Of a DNA stretch of 64,000 nt, positions 38,307-52,340 are shown in pieces. The notes beneath the pieces are model-generated. The model did no database searches, was not told the origin of the DNA, and saw nothing but the letters and a program-made list of their open reading frames with translations. The position numbers and the translations under genes are program-made. Source of the DNA: Patellaria atrata CBS 101060 (Eukaryota); NCBI GenBank assembly GCA_010093705.1, contig MU006089.1, positions 1,366,455 to 1,430,454 on the forward strand, read 5' to 3'. The first letter of the stretch is position 1. Every line of letters begins with the position of its first letter.

Positions 38307-39064
38307 GCATGAATAGAGATAAAGACATGCAACAACAGCGAGATAGAGTGCATCCTCCCTTCTACTACTTAACCTTGAGAAATCGCGCATATTACCTTGT
38401 TTGAAAGTTTCTATCCCACAATGCTTATTTTAAGATAGAAAAACATGCTAATCAACGTTTATTAGTCTTTATCGCCGTCTTACTTTTAGTTTTCGTTCTA
38501 ATGACCACAGAAAGGTGGTTCCTCTGAAAAGCAGTTAGTTCTACAAATATCAACCCATCTATTCATACATCCCCAAAGGAGTATGTATGGCTTCCCACGT
38601 TTTCATCCAATATATTGGCTGGAAATACACCCTTCAAGTTGGCGAACAGTGTCTAAAAATGGCCTCCAAGTGGAGGTAAGGCGTCTCATTTGCGAATCGT
38701 GCCAAATGGATTCTCCAGGTCCGGTCTACATATCACTGACAAATCACGAGAAATATCGAGATCAGATCAGCCACATACCGCAACCTATATGTGTGTACTA
38801 TTGATATATTGCTATTTGAAGTTCTACACGCAGGAGAAATGCATGAGTGTTTAGAGGGTGCTAATGTCCTTTCCAAGAACTTACAAACTTGTATAAGTCG
38901 AAACAAGCTTAAGAGACTGGTATACTAGAACCAGGCATCTCAATATGAAAGGGGGGTAGTTCATGCTTTAACAACCGCCTTAAATGCCGATGTAGCGTCG
39001 AGACGAAAAGATGAAGCGTCTCTACTGTTGTTTCGCTCGGTGCTGTGCGTGCCTCCAACTACAT

Positions 39065-41400
39065 TCACTCATCCTCAAACTCGATAAGAGCAGTGCCAGC
39101 TTTGCACATGTCCTATCGGAATTAGTAATTAGGCCTAAAAACTACAAAGTAATCGGAATCAACTAACCCCTTTGTTATGAACGACTTTCTTCACTACCCC
39201 ATCGACGGGACTTCTAATCACAGTTTCCATCTTCATACTCTCGATAACTACTAATGGCTGGTCTTTCGTTACAGTTTCACCTTCTGAGATCTCTACTCTT
39301 ATTACCTTACAAGGCATTGGCGCCACAACACTATTTTTCACGTCTTTGATCCCTAACGCATTTTCAGCCCACTTAGGGACTTCAAGTTGAAATCTGTACT
39401 GCTTCCCTTGTTGAAAAATAATGAGACGGTCTTCATCCCGTATAAAGGTGGTGGAGAGTCGCGTATGAGGATAGAAGGAAGTAATCGTTTGGTCTGCGGA
39501 TGATACATTTACTGACGTATATTGAACATCATTGACCTTAATGTCATAGGTATTTTGTGCAGTCTGATTAACACCAACTGTAGTTGGAATGCTATCGCCT
39601 TTTCCATCCAGCGGAAGCTCAAGTAAATGAAATACTCGTTGCTGGTACCCAACACCAAATCCTATTAGGGGATCAGAGATGTGCGAAATGGAATCGACAT
39701 TGGAAGACATTGTCTCTTCAATGAGCAGACCTATGCCGGCTTGAGCGAATACCTCAGGTTTTGTAGATTCGAATTTAAACAGTTCTTCCTTGTGCTTTTC
39801 AATATATCCTGTTTCGACATCACCAGCAACAAAGGCCGGACTAACACAAAGGCGTTTCAAAAACTCGATATTAGTTACTGGGCCGGCTATTTCATAGGCT
39901 TCTAAAGAGGCCCTCAGTTTCCGTAACGCAGCCTCACGACTCGGTCCTTGAACTATTAACTTTGCAATCATTGGGTCGTAGTGGGAAGACACCTCGTCGC
40001 CGGAGATGAAGCCTGAGTCGATACGGACTGTTTCTGTAGGAGTGGGTATACGCATGTGCAAAAGCTTGCCCGAATCTGGGACGAAGTTCATGTCTGGGTT
40101 TTCAGCGTAGATTCTTGCTTCTATAGCCGCTCCCCTAACAGCAATTTCCGCCTCGACTTCGTCTTGTGTTAGGGGAAGCTTGCCTCCTTCTGCAACGATC
40201 AGTTGCCACCGGACCAAATCCTGTCCAGTGACTAGTTCTGTCACTGGATGTTCAACCTGCAATCTTGTGTTCATTTCCATAAAGAAGAATTTGCCCGTAT
40301 CGTTGTCAAAGATGAATTCGACGGTGCCTGCACCTTCATAGTTGACTGCTAGTGCAGCAGCCCGAGCTTTTCCCCAGATGTCCTTCCGTACTGCCATATC
40401 CAGATCTGGCGCTGGGGACTCCTCTAGGATTTTCTGGTGTCTCCTCTGTACACTGCAATCTCTTTCACCTAAAGCAACGCAATTTCCGTGTTTGTCGGCG
40501 AAGACCTGGACCTCAATATGCCGGGGTTTAGTGATATACTTTTCCACCAACATTATCTCATCGCCGAAGGAGTTAAGAGCTTCTGATTTTGCGGAGGAAA
40601 GCTGATCCATGAACTCGTCCGCCCTCCTAACGATGCGCATGCCTTTACCCCCTCCGCCCTTAACCGCCTTTAAGAGAACAGGATATCCGATCTTCTCCGC
40701 TTGGTCTTTCAGGTGCGTAGAATCTTGATTCTCCCCGTGATACCCAGGTATGCACGGTACGCCTGCTGCAATCATAATATCCTTTGATCGACTGCACTAT
40801 GTGAGCGGTTTCGCAAACACTTCAGCTTCAGGGTCACCCCTACCTTTTACTGCCCATTGCTTCGATCGCTTGCCACGGTGGGCCAATGAATGTCAAACCA
40901 GCTTCTGTGCATTTCCGCGCAAAGTCGGGGTTTTCGCTTAACTAGAAAAGGTCTCAGAACCGATTTCTTGTGCTTACTTGACCGCGTGACGTACAAACCC
41001 ATACCCTGGGTGGATGCCTTGACAGCCTTCTTCTTGCGCTATCTCAATGATTCGATCACCATTAAGGTATTGATTAGATTCCCCAAGGTTGACGGAAAAG
41101 GGTGAACTGAGGGCATGTTGCGAACGAGCGTCAGGTTCGGTATATAGGGTGGTGGTTCGTATGCCATACTCGGAGGCAGTTCTGCCGACTCTCCTGAGCG
41201 TACCTGTCAGACAATAGACCAAATAACTCAGGATAGGGAATTTACAGAGCTATTTCTCCACGGTTCGCAATCAAGACGGAGGTCAGCGGTGTAATGCCCG
41301 TAGTTGCTGTGGAGTTGACTCGTCGCGTGCCAATGGGAGCATTGCGGCTCAACAGGCGCGCAAAATATCGAGGATTGCGGAACGACAGTGAGGATTTCAT
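39065..41400 (-). CDS. mccA: 3-methylcrotonyl-CoA carboxylase biotin-containing (alpha) subunit, mitochondrial
   Basis: Presequence-like N-terminus, [55 protein letters not shown], biotin motif ESMKME; multi-exon. Confidence 0.88.
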
Positions 41401-42020
41401 TGTATGGGAGAAAGTCTTTCAGTAGATTCGCTTTAGATACATGTTGACACAGTGCACCATCATTCGGATCCCCATGAAGTCCAACGGGTGATTTCTTGAA
41501 GGAACAACCGTTGACCCGCGTCTAGCCGGTCCATAGGGAAGGAACTACAGTAAGCAACAAGGGAAACCTCGGAAGGTAAACAGGCATGACTTCACAGTTC
41601 ATCTAGGGGAGGACCACCATCCTGTTTGACGGCCATCCTGTCGAGTTTGTGAACTACCACTTATTATTTGTAGACTGGCAGATTGCCATGCGACACGCAA
41701 CCGCTCTGGCTAGTTCTGCTACGAGTGTACCCGGCTAAACGAACATGAAGTGATCCTTAAAGTGAAGCTTTAGGAGACAAAAAGACGTGAGAACATCACA
41801 TAGAAAGTTGCGCCACTCGAGCGGACAAACAGCTTTTCGTTATCCTTTCCTACAGTCAACAGTCCGAGACATCCAATCATTCCAATTTCCTCCTGCGCAT
41901 TAGGACATACCTTTCCCGCAGACGGCACGAATCTACTCATATCATTCAACCGCATGGTAGGCACAAGTTCGAGGCGGACGGCCCCGGAATCTGGCTGTAA
42001 GGCCTCTTTCTATACTAAGG

Positions 42021-43349
42021 ATGTCTGTTTACGAGGATTCTGGTGATGAAGGGCCAACATACGACTTCTTATATGTGGAAGACGACTACGGCATAGCAGT
42101 AAGGAAACTCCAGTTATCCCGCCACCTCCATAGTTATAACGACTAGGATTCTTAATGGGAAAAAATGCTCATAGTTTGATAGGATGATCTCGCCGAGCAC
42201 GCAATTGCGTCCCCAGTGTTAACTCTCGAAGACGGAGATGGATCCGAGTACGACCTCTTTGACTACTTCAATGACGTCGAATATCTAAGTGACAGTGGTT
42301 GGAACGATGGCTGCACCGTCAGAGACCAAGACAACAATACCTTGGGACCGACATCCGGGCGAAAACGAAAGATATCTATAAAACAAACACAATACATGAG
42401 CGGGGGACTGATCAACGCTTCCTCTCAGCAACAATTCCATGAAGAACCAGTTTCCCCTATACCAACGGTACGCTTTCGGCGAGCAGGTACTAGATCCCCA
42501 AAACCTCCAACACTTGATACGGAGGTCGTAAAAACATACACCGCATTCAAGAACTGGCGAGAGAAGTATGCGTGCGCTAAAGGTTTTCCAATTTTTTCGG
42601 GTGTTGAGGGCGACCTAGATATTGATACTATCTCAACCCAATCGGATTCAGGGATATCACCTATAGAAGAGGTCCAACGTAATATACCATCTAATGAGCT
42701 CGGAATGGATGACCTTCGAAGCGCACTTCATCGAACCCTTGCAAACTCCGGTGTGCTTCCGAAGGGCATAGATGAGACGACCCTTTTGAAGTTTGTAGCC
42801 CGGATGCTCAGCGGAGATGGTAACGCAGACGACATCGCGGGTCAATTAACAGATGATTTACTCGGCCCTAAAGAGGATGATGCTACCGCAGTTGGAATCG
42901 GCGCATGGATCTCACAGATACGGGATTCGGAAGACCTTGGCGACGGCGAAAACGATATCGATGGACGAAACCTTCAGCATCCATCAAGCCCATCATCGGA
43001 TTCAGACAAGGCGTCTCACAGTGTAGCAATTCCGGAGGATGGGAATAATCAGCCGCCAACCCGCTTGATTAATGTGAAGGATAACTCTTCTCCATTATCA
43101 TCAAACCACTTAAGACAGAGTACGAAAATACAGTTCTCGGATACTGGTGTCTCAAGCCCACAGATAGCCCTTAAGGAGTTGCTTGGACCCATGCTCACAG
43201 ATGAGAGCATTGACGCCTCCGAGCTCGTGTCAACGTTTCCAAGAAATAGATACAAACGCAAACTTGAAATATTAGATTCAAACAAGGAATCAAGCCGGGG
43301 TAGGAAGCGCTTCGCCTACTCTCCCGCAGAACAAAGTAGGAAGAGCTAA
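42021..43349 (+). CDS. Hypothetical acidic/low-complexity fungal protein
   Basis: Exon 1 MSVYEDSGDEGPTYDFLYVEDDYGIA, intron to 42182, then DDLAEHAIASPV joining the 377-aa ORF. Confidence 0.65.
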
Positions 43350-43448
43350 GGCAATAGGTGAAGAAGCGATGGCAAGATAATGTTTGTTGAATTATCCTCA
43401 TCCCTGAAGGTATTTACAGCTACAAATGTTTTCTTTCCGTTGGTGATT

Positions 43449-43545
43449 GCTCTGGATATAGTCTGGCTCTGAATATAGTCTGGCTCTGAATATAGTCTGG
43501 CTCTGAATATAGTCTGGCTCTGAATATAGTCTGGCTCTGAATATA
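43449..43545. repeat. 17-bp minisatellite (GCTCTGAATATAGTCTG), about 5.7 copies
   Basis: Directly visible tandem array. Confidence 0.95.
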
Positions 43546-44281
43546 ATCAAGTTCCGGATATAGTCACTTCGTCTACTTCCGAGTTTCAATTGTTCATCAG
43601 ACGAGTGACTTTTCCTATACCATGCCCAGTCTCTTTGAAATCATGCATTCTCGCACAAGAAATCAAAATATCTGAACCTTGTGTTATCTATTTGGTAACT
43701 TTTCCACGGCGGTTCGAAGTTAGTCCACACCCTGTATAATACAAATCATATCTCCCTACTCATAATCACTCGTAGTATACTCTTCCATGAAAACAGTCAC
43801 ACTAGATTTTGGGAAGTGCAACATATGCGCACCCAAATATACAGCATGATATATCATGGTTTCCGACGGTGATGAAACAGGATCAAACCAAAAGAATAAT
43901 TCTACACATCAAATCAATGTCAGTATGTATTAATACTATAATATCCCTTCGTGCTCTCGAGAGACTCGTCTTCCATTGGGACATCATAAAAAAAAACACC
44001 TAAAGACTTGTCACTGAATTTGAGGGTACTCCTGAGATGTCAGAGGAACACCCACGAGGCGACAGGACAGATATATGATAAAAATGTATACTGCAAACGG
44101 TAGTTGTGATAAAAGAAAATTTATGAATCCAAGTATGCATCCATAGATTCTCAACCCCGGTTTACTTTCAATAGATAAATGTCAATTTGCTCTTCTGAAT
44201 AATTACATTTATTTTGCTATCATGACCGAGCTAAGTGCTCTTAATGTCATGCTTACAGAAGTAATATACAGGAACAAATGA

Positions 44282-45869
44282 TCAATCAAGCACGGCGCCC
44301 TCCCTTTCAGCTATTTCGGCGGATTTTGGCGACTCTGGCATCTTATGTGTGCGTTCGATTTCCTCTATTGTCTTCTTCCCTTCATCCGTAGTCGCATCAA
44401 TAACACCTTGCTCCAGGCTCAACATACCACCCTCCGACAATTTCTCTACTACCTCTTCGGCTTCACTAACACTCATCTTGCCCAACACCTTGTTCACCTC
44501 ATCCAGCTTTCCGCTCTCAAGAGCGCGCTGTAAGCCTGGTGTGAAAGAGTCAAAAATCTGGCGAGCATGGTACAGTGCTTGCTCTTCCTCTGTTTGGGGT
44601 GGAGCGCTATCGGGGGTAATCGGGGGCGGAACGGCGATGTTTATGCTCGTGCCAGGGTTGACCGCGTGGAGTTGTATTTGCTCGACATCTCCTGAAGCAG
44701 GATTTTCAGCACGCTCTTTAAGGATCTCAGCAGTGCGAGAGCGGATGCGAGCATATGTAGAGTTAACATCGTCGATGAAGAGCTTTTGGGCCTGATGATC
44801 TTTTGTGGTGATCCTGAAAATAGGTGTTAGCAGTAATTTATACAGGCCTAAACCACAAACACCCTGGGGGAAATTGTTACCGTTTAAAGAAGAGTGCGAC
44901 ACCATCACGTCCAAGTTGCCGACAATACTGGATGAGAAGTCCCTGATGGACGCATTGGCGGGCGTAATTGTCTTTTCCGTCCATTTGGGAATTGAACGCT
45001 TCAACCAGAAGACCGTCAGTCTCTGTTTCTTTAAGGATCGGGGGGTTCTGCTGGATGAATTCTAGGCTCGTTCTATAGTCTCCCGCCTTTATTTTCGCAA
45101 ATTCTTTTCCCAACTTGCTCGCTTGCATACTATCCTCATTCACGTCATCGGCCGCTTCCTCAACGTCTGCATCTGCTCCAGAAGACTGACCGGTGTCCGT
45201 TCGAGTAAGGGGATCACGCTTTTCGGCTCCTGGGTTTAATAGCTCTACAGTTTCCGTCGGTTTCTTCGCTAACTCTTGCGTTTTGGAAACATTGGAGAAG
45301 TCGAACCCAGTATGAATATCGTCACTCGTGATATGCTTCCTCTCCTCTTTTTCCAGCGACGCCAACTTCTGAATCAACTGCCCCTGCAAGCCTTCAACCT
45401 CCTTCCTGTGTTTCTCTACCTCACCAATGAACGCTTCAAGCCTATTCTCCTGTTTTGCCTCATCCACGGACGTCTTAACCTGGTCTATTAGCGCCGCCAT
45501 CATCTTAGAGAAAGTGGGTTGTTCTTTGACATGCTGATGCACGCCTTCCGGTGGTGTTGGGGGTTTGTCCTTGACTGGGTCTCCTGCCGACTCTATCAGA
45601 GCCTGGAAGACGATTTCGTCTGCGGATTCAGAGCTAGATCGGTGTGATTTGAGAGCTGTGAGCAGATTATCAATACGCTCGAGAAGACCATCGTTGATGA
45701 TGCGTTCATATTTGAGAGTTGTGATTTGATGTCGCCGCTGTTGTCTTTCTTGGTGGATTTGATTCTGTTTGGCTCGGATGAAAGAACGTTTATCAACGTT
45801 GGGGTGGACTTCTATATCGCTATCGTCTGAAAGCTCGAGAGCATCCCATTTTGAGTAGTCTACGGGCAT
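44282..45869 (-). CDS. CDC37: Hsp90 co-chaperone Cdc37
   Basis: MPVDYSKWDALELSDDSDIEVHPNVDKRSF signature; HQGLLIQYC; one intron ~44814-44880; C-terminal LQRALESGKLDEVNKVLGKM. Confidence 0.95.
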
Positions 45870-46485
45870 AATCACCTCTGTTGTTCGAGTGTCTGGGTAA
45901 GGCGGGGTTGTCGAAATCGTCAGGCTATCTATAATCAAAAACCAACAACCTAAGAAGGGAATTCGGTACTACGTTAGACTCGTGATGATGCTATGATTTG
46001 TTTCTACGGGTACAAAACCGTTCAGCCAGTGAGGGAATTTGAGAGTTTACAGGAAAGGAACGAACAACAATGCATGCGAACTCAAGAAAAAGGTATGCGA
46101 CGAGTAATGAGTAGAAGGCACCGCGGGGAAACTGATGGAAGCACAGCGATTACTAAGGTAAGCTCGGACTTGTTACAATAAAGTACCTTACCGTATCGAT
46201 GTTTTAGAATTACTGTACTTTACTGTAACGTCACCGAACTGCACTGTGCAGTACTACCGAGGTTTTAGCGAGGTTTTAGCGACATCGCAGACAAGTTCCC
46301 GTCATCAGGTGTCGTAGCTAAGAACTTATTCCTTACTCCTTCCAGCTTCTTCTGATTCCATCTCACTCGATCTTCTGCGCCTTAACCTATCTCCGTCCGG
46401 CCCAATGTTAGCAACAGCTCTACAATCTATCCGATGTGCGATATTCGACCTTGAGAACTCCGACTAATCCGCGGGCGCGCAAGCC

Positions 46486-48922
46486 ATGCGCGGCATAAAA
46501 GCTCTAAAAGCCTTCCAGCGAGCTGCTACACCTGCACCATTCTCGAGAGTAAATATCGAGCATTCTGTAGCGCAAAAATGGGGGAAAAGATCTCTCCCTC
46601 TTCGAAATTGCTCCCGATCTTTTACTTCCTCAACCTTCCTCTCAACAATATGCTACCCACATCTCCACCCTTCTACTTACAACAGGATATTGAAGGCCAC
46701 CCTCTCATATCCGTCGCGGTTTATCTCCACATCACCATCTCGAGCTGAATCGCGTCAGAAGTCATACGCAGAAGAAACTGGGTATAAAGACTCCGAGGAT
46801 GCTCAAGACGCAGACGAGCAGGCATTTGGCAAGACTGAGAAAGCGAGCCAAGCGGCAAAGCTTAACCTCAGTGCCCGTCTCAGTAAGGATGGATCTGCTG
46901 GCGGAAAAACTGGTAGCGGTTGGTCGGAAATCTGGCGCCTGATCAAGATTGCAAGACCCGAAGCGAAAACACTAGGCATTGCTGTGGTCTTCCTTCTCGT
47001 GTCTTCCTCCATCACCATGTCTATACCATTTTCGATTGGAAAAATACTAGATATCGCCACGCAGTCTGAGGACCAAAAGGGGACGTTGTTTGGATTAGAT
47101 CTTCAAACATTCTATATCGCACTTGGAAGCATCCTTGCTGTCGGAGCTGCGGCCAATTATGGGCGTATCATCATCCTCAGGATAGTTGGAGAACGAATAG
47201 TGACTAGACTTCGATCCCAACTCTATAGGAGAACATTCATTCAGAATGCGGAATTCTTTGATGCCAATAGAGTGGGTGATCTTATATCCCGATTAGGATC
47301 CGACACAATAATCGTCGGGAAAAGTATCACGCAAAATCTCTCCGATGGCCTACGGTCCTTCGTAAGTGGTGCCGCGGGATTGTCGCTTATGGGCTACGTG
47401 AGTTTGAAATTAACAAGTATTTTGGCCTTGATGTTCCCTCCCGTTGCGATCGGGGCTTTCTTCTACGGGCGAGCGATGCGAAATTTGAGTCGAAAAATTC
47501 AGAAGAACCTTGGTACACTGACAAAAGTTGCTGAAGAGCGTTTAGGCAATGTTCGAACCAGTCAGGCATTCGCGGGTGAGATTCAGGAAGTGGGCAGATA
47601 CAATCGCCAGGTCAAACGCATCTTCGAACTGGGGAAGAGAGAAGCAATAATTAGTGCGACATTCTTCAGTGCCTCCGGATTCGCAGGGAACCTGACTGTA
47701 CTTGCACTCTTGTACGTGGGTGGAGGTATGGTCAAGTCGGGAGCCATCAGTATTGGAGAGTTATCTTCATTCTTGATGTACACTGCCTACGCCGGATCAA
47801 GTCTTTTTGGCTTGTCTGGCTTCTATTCTGAATTGATGAAAGGGGTTGGTGCTGCCAGCCGCCTTTTCGAACTGCAGGACCGCAACCCAACAATACATCC
47901 TACAGTGGGTGAGCCGGTGAAATCAGCGCAAGGGAAAATTGTATTCGAAAACGTCTCTTTCAGTTATCCTACTAGACCTGCCGTAGTGATATTCAAAGAC
48001 CTTAACTTCGAAATCAAGCAAGGCATGAATGTAGCCATCGTCGCGCCAAGCGGTGCCGGTAAGTCTACAGTAGCAAGTCTACTTCTGCGGTTTTATTCTC
48101 CTACATCAGGAAGGATTACTATAAATGGAAAGGATATCCAGACGATGAACGCAAAGCAATTAAGGAGGAAGATAGGTTATGTCGGACAGGAACCTGTACT
48201 GTTTTCGGGCACAATCGCAGAAAACATTGCGTATGGAAAGCCAAGTGCTACCAGAGCAGAAATTGTCGCTGCTGCCAGGAAGGCTAATTGCCAGTTTATT
48301 GGTGATTTTGTGAGTTATGCGCCATAGCGAGACGACAGCCTACTAACTATTTCTTTAGCCCGATGGGCTTGAGACCCACGTCGGCGCTCGCGGGACGCAG
48401 CTATCAGGAGGTCAAAAGCAACGCATCGCGATTGCGCGCGCCCTCCTCAAACAACCCGATATCTTGATTCTCGATGAAGCAACCTCAGCTTTGGACGCTG
48501 AATCTGAGACACTGGTCAACCAAGCGTTGGGCAAACTGCTCCGTGACAAGAATACAACTATCAGTATCGCCCATCGGCTTTCTACTATTAAGCGTTCCGA
48601 CCAGATCATTTGCATCGGATCCGACGGGACGGTAGCTGAACAAGGCCCCTATCACCTGCTAAGCGCAAATAAAGAAGGCGCCTTCAGCAAGCTCATGGAG
48701 TGGCAGATGAGTGGTGGTGATGTAGGTGGGTCAGACCGAGGTCCTAAAGCGGGCGTAACAGAGCATGAAGAGATCGAAGCAGACCTAAGTGACGAGGTTG
48801 AAGTAATCGATATTGACGATGCTTCTGATGATGCCGTCGAAGAGGAGGGTACGAAAGTGAGACGTAAAGATAAGACCAGTGGTGAGGAACTTCTAGAAAG
48901 AACTAAACCAAGGGATGGATGA
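46486..48922 (+). CDS. MDL1: Mitochondrial half-size ABC transporter (Mdl1-like, ABCB)
   Basis: Presequence, TMD with GDLISRL, Walker [40 protein letters not shown]; intron 48310-48358. Confidence 0.85.
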
Positions 48923-50055
48923 GTTATCCTAAGGTGCTTGGTATCTAACAAGGCGTTTTCGGGTATCCATGATAGGAACGGTCACTGTTTAAAGCTTCTT
49001 GCTGGAAGTACATGTATAGATAGTATTAGCATGGCTCGGCAGCGTCCTGCAAGGTGTACAGTATCTCTTCTCATACACGTATTGGTCTATCTCGCCGGGT
49101 AGCGAGTGATTATTGCCTCAATCTTCCCAGCTTCGACTGGAATAAGAACTGCGCGCTGTATAGTAAGTGATCACGACAGCCCGCCTTGATATACTTGTAG
49201 GCCAATTCGGTATCCAAGAGATGAAGTTTAGATCAAATGGAGGTCATAGTTATATAATGCCATTAGTATTACTCTGTACTTACTGAATAACCCTAGGTTG
49301 TCTATATTGAATGCGTGACATGACGCAACTGAGCGATAATGTCGTTCTAGCCGCGAGAATAATAATATAAGTACAGCCGAAAGTATCTCTGATATCTCTA
49401 GAAGAGTATTTAATGAACTATTATTATCCCTATACAGACTTTAGTAGGCTATTAGGATGATAATATTCGTTATATCATTCTGTAACCTGCACCCCGTTTA
49501 TGAATCGTATATACTTATTATATACCGTTACCCAATTTCACTAATAAGTGTCTATATCTATGCTTCTTCTGTTAAATTATAGAAATGCTTCGCTCTATAG
49601 TCTCTCATCTATCGCGGGTTTACGGCCCTATTCACCTCTCACAACCAGATCGAAACGCAACCGTGAAATATATTCCTTTACATAAAGGCCCTGTGATAAC
49701 AAGTCCTGTGAATTTTTCAAATAGCTATCCTTCGCCTCCAAGCCACCAGGTCAGTTTCCTGAAAAGCCTTGCCAGCAGCGTATGCAGCTTCAGTGAGTTT
49801 AGGAAATTCCTGTACATAGGGCTTTATTCCACTACATGTCAATTGGATTTTTGCATCTTTGCGATTCTGGACCGGCCAAGTCCTCATTTTCAACTCCGGT
49901 ACCGCTCTCTCTCTTGTCAATATTCCCCTGTCTGTAGCAGACGTGATAGTTCCAGACGGTACACAACACTAGTTCGTTAATACGGGGAGCACCCCTCTAG
50001 AGTCTATTTTGGTTTATACCTCCGTAGAACAGGATGCTATAGGTGTACATCGAAC

Positions 50056-50143
50056 TAAGGAGGAAGAAGGTAAGGAAGAAGGTAAAGAGGAAGAAGGTAA
50101 GGAGGAAGAAGGTAAGGAGGAAGAAGGTAAGGAGGAAGAGGTA
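50056..50143. repeat. Purine-rich 15-bp tandem repeat (TAAGGAGGAAGAAGG) in an AT-rich degraded tract
   Basis: About six imperfect copies visible directly. Confidence 0.85.
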
Positions 50144-50197
50144 GAGTGGCTGAGGAGGAGTATAGAGGAAAATGAAGAGACGGGATTAGTAAAGGAG

Positions 50198-50363
50198 TGT
50201 TATGGCTCAACCTCAGATGAAAGGTATATTGCTATATGTACATGAAGCTTAAACTTAAGGAAAGAAAATGTTGAGACAGCATATGCTGTTTTGCTAAAGT
50301 ACAGTATGACTAAGCCGCTGGATCATCCAAGGCACTCATACCTATCGGGTCTAACCCGTGACA
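50198..50363. mobile_element. Solo LTR (copy 2), same family as 1543-1715
   Basis: 166 bp TGTTA...TGACA with 5-bp TSD AGGAG (50193-50197, 50364-50368). Confidence 0.9.
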
Positions 50364-50959
50364 AGGAGAGTGAAGGGCATTATAAAGGGGAACTACAGGT
50401 GAGACTTATACAGTAATAGGTAATGTAGTTCTTCTGTCATTTTATGAATGTTAGTTTAGAACAGAGAACGGTGCTAGAGCATCCACTATGTTTGCACTAT
50501 AGCTTAAACGAGTGTCTAAAACATGAGCAATCTTATGTATACATCTATTCTAATACCTCCACTTCATTGAGCAGGAGATTCTATAAGATTTTTACCGTAG
50601 ATTGAGACCAATCGAGTGGAAGTATGTTTAGATATTTTTTAGACTATCCGAATAAGCAAAGTTTATCATGAATCGCAGGGTTTACAATAACCAGCGACTG
50701 AAAAGATGGACAACAAAGAACATGTTACTTTAAATGTACTGTGCATAGCCAATAAATCCTAAAAATCAATGACGGTAGCATTCTATTCATGATCACAAGT
50801 AGAGTACAAACATACGATGTATAGATAATCGTAATAGGGGTATGTTCAAACAAGTACTTCTTCAGCTTTTAAATAGGGATTTTAGGTATATCGACTAGAT
50901 TGATCTTACTTGCTCAGCTCTACCTTATAGAGGCAGGTAATGTTCTTGTATCGTGTTGA

Positions 50960-52340
50960 CAAGCGCTCATCCATTCACCGTGGCTATACCAGGCAGAAAA
51001 TCTAACCAGTAGAAGTACACAAGCTGTTAGGGAAACGTACCAGGATGCACGACCTGCGATAGGGTCCACATTTTTTAACCAAGTGTCCCAGTACCGCTTA
51101 TGCGAATTTTTCCCATACTCCTTTACACCGTACGAGTTCTACCATCGGAAAAATGGCTAATGGATCATAGCAAATGGGACATTCGTCGTCAAGCGATCTT
51201 CTTTTAATGTGTTTTTGAGCGCAATGCGGTGTCATCACGGTCTGGAGTGTTAATTTCGAGGCGATCAATGATGGCGGTTCACTATGGGTAGAGGAAGTCC
51301 GATCCGATTCGTAAGGTGAGTTATTTGGGAGTGAAAGAGTTCCAGTGGACTCAATGGAGCGCGATCGATTAGTATCAGTAGCCACGGATAGTCTAGGGAC
51401 GATAAGATTTGACGCGTCGTCGACCGCGCGATCGCAATGCGGAGAACTGGCGCTTGAATTTGAGGAACGGGTAAGGCTTTCAGTGGAGGAGCTGATTGAC
51501 GAAGGACAAGGGCTAGTTAATAAAAGAGAAGATCTTTCTTGAATGGTCGACCTGCTGTTGCTGATAGATGACCCCGCTGAGAACATGCCAGACGACAATC
51601 AGATTCCGGAAATCCTTCCATGACGGTCTGAAGGGGTCAGTATAGGAGAACGCGCGGTAGATGGCGATAGAGCTTCCGGCCTCTCGACTCTGTGGGAGCT
51701 ATCAATTGTTGGATTACTTCGAGGAAGGATACTTGTATTTTGCGTCGAAGGCAGGTGAGCAGTCCCCAATGTTGTAGCATAACTTTCATTTCTCCTCCTT
51801 GTGATATTGGTTGTTAGTGTAACTGTTTTCATCACTTCCTCTAAACTTGTATGCTGCTTTACTTGATCCCGAGGTAAAGCATATTGCTGCTCTGTCGAGT
51901 TGAAGAGATCGTCCTGGGATATGGCCCATGCTCGCCGATTGTCGAATGCACGCTGAACGGGGGTTGATTGTCTTCCGGCTGGCACACTGCGCTCTGGAAC
52001 GAAGTCCGGGCGGGAAGAATGGTTATAAACGCTGCTTCTTCTGTCACTGGGTTCCGCACGAACAACCATCTCCCATTTAGAAGCAACCTGAGTGATTTGC
52101 GGCTGGTGGTAATTGGGCCGGAGAAGATATCAAGCAAGCTTTTCCAGAGTCTCTCTCATCGTTTCTAATGAAGGCTCCTTCTGCGAGAGATCCTTCAGCA
52201 ATTCCATCGCAGAAGCTCTATTCGATGCATTGATTGTGTTCATACACCGCCGACGTTTGCTAGGGAATATCCTATACATGATATAGCACCTTTAGCGGGA
52301 TTCTTGATCTCGAGGTGCTCCGTAGGGTCTCAAACTAATA
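50960..52340 (-). pseudogene. Degenerate RING-finger domain protein gene
   Basis: C-terminal RRSLDDECPICYDPL..LVRCK then a frameshift to YGKNSHKRYWDTW (Tyr where RING Cys are expected). In-frame stop at 51599-51601; broken N-terminal CIGYS/KRRRCMNTIN segment. Boundaries approximate. Confidence 0.55.

Noticed and set aside
43449..43545. CRISPR-like array
   Set aside because: Units are contiguous with no unique spacers, and the context is eukaryotic.
44282..48922. CDC37 or the MDL1 ABC transporter as cluster self-resistance or export genes
   Set aside because: Both look like ordinary conserved housekeeping genes, and nothing in the window indicates duplication.
50009..50245. Glu/Lys-rich 78-aa ORF
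   Set aside because: Artefact of the purine tandem repeat running into the LTR.
1543..50363. One giant 49-kb LTR element or composite transposon carrying the PKS cluster between the two LTR copies
   Set aside because: Each LTR has its own distinct TSD on both sides, so they are independent solo LTRs; the interval also contains core genes and no gag/pol.
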